The notes beneath the pieces were generated by a model that was not told the origin of the DNA, did no database searches, and was given only the letters and a program-made list of their open reading frames with translations. From Azolla caroliniana (Eukaryota; Plantae; Polypodiophyta), in NCBI GenBank assembly GCA_043228905.1, contig JBHGNT010000014.1, positions 17,236,001 to 17,300,000 on the forward strand: DNA of 64,000 nt. The letters are read 5' to 3'. A program made the translations under genes and the position numbers. Below, in pieces: positions 63,538 through 64,000 of the stretch (position 1 is the first letter of the stretch; every line of letters starts with the position of its first letter).

Positions 63538-64000
63538 CATATTGAAAGCCCAAAATGAGTTGAAATTATGTAGATGTAGTTAGACCTAAAATAGGCACCT
63601 TAATTTTTAATAGCTTGGCATGAAATTTCCGTATTGTAGGAAAACCCGATCATATTAATTATTTATCGTAACGCAAATACTCAATCATTAACTAGTGAGT
63701 GAGCAACCTTCTTCAATAATCTGAATCTCAATAGAAGCAAGTCCCAAAATGATTTCATGTGGCCACCACTTACCTAAAAAAAATCCTATGGTATGTCAAC
63801 GATATGAGCATCGATTTTAGAGGCCAACACATTCTAAGTTTGGAAATGGGAATCACATTAAAGGCCATTGTTTTTTATTGTCTTTTATTTGGCTCAGTGT
63901 TAACTAATAATTGTACAGGGATGGTATGAAGTCCAGTGGAGCAATTAAATTATTTTGATGATTTGGGAAATTCAACTTACGATGTTAATTTAAGGATTTG

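Overview
Eukaryotic nuclear DNA, most likely from a non-seed land plant (fern/bryophyte-like; inferred from the transposon lineages). About 90% of the window is a deeply nested transposon cluster. It contains: (i) three tRNA-Trp-primed Ty3/gypsy elements of a Ylt1-like type, nested inside one another, all with 4-bp CG-centred TSDs: a Gag-only host A (11052-27776), a very young Gag-only element B (12220-15753) and a decayed gag-pro/pol element C (16287-23207); (ii) Tcn1-like chromoviruses, including a 2.57-kb copy scrambled into nine segments by eight microhomology junctions (37772-40344), one of which reproduces the Tf1-type self-priming junction; (iii) three copies of an ORF1+APE-RT-CCHC LINE family and two L1-type LINEs; (iv) a pogo-type DD30D transposon, a non-chromovirus gypsy with an extra 3' ORF, solo LTRs, a hAT-like MITE and several tandem repeats. 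The only host gene is the 3' part (8 exons, minus strand, 57569-60254) of a VIK/ILK-type Raf-like protein kinase, followed by a 100-N scaffold gap. All calls are from reading the sequence; no database searches were run.
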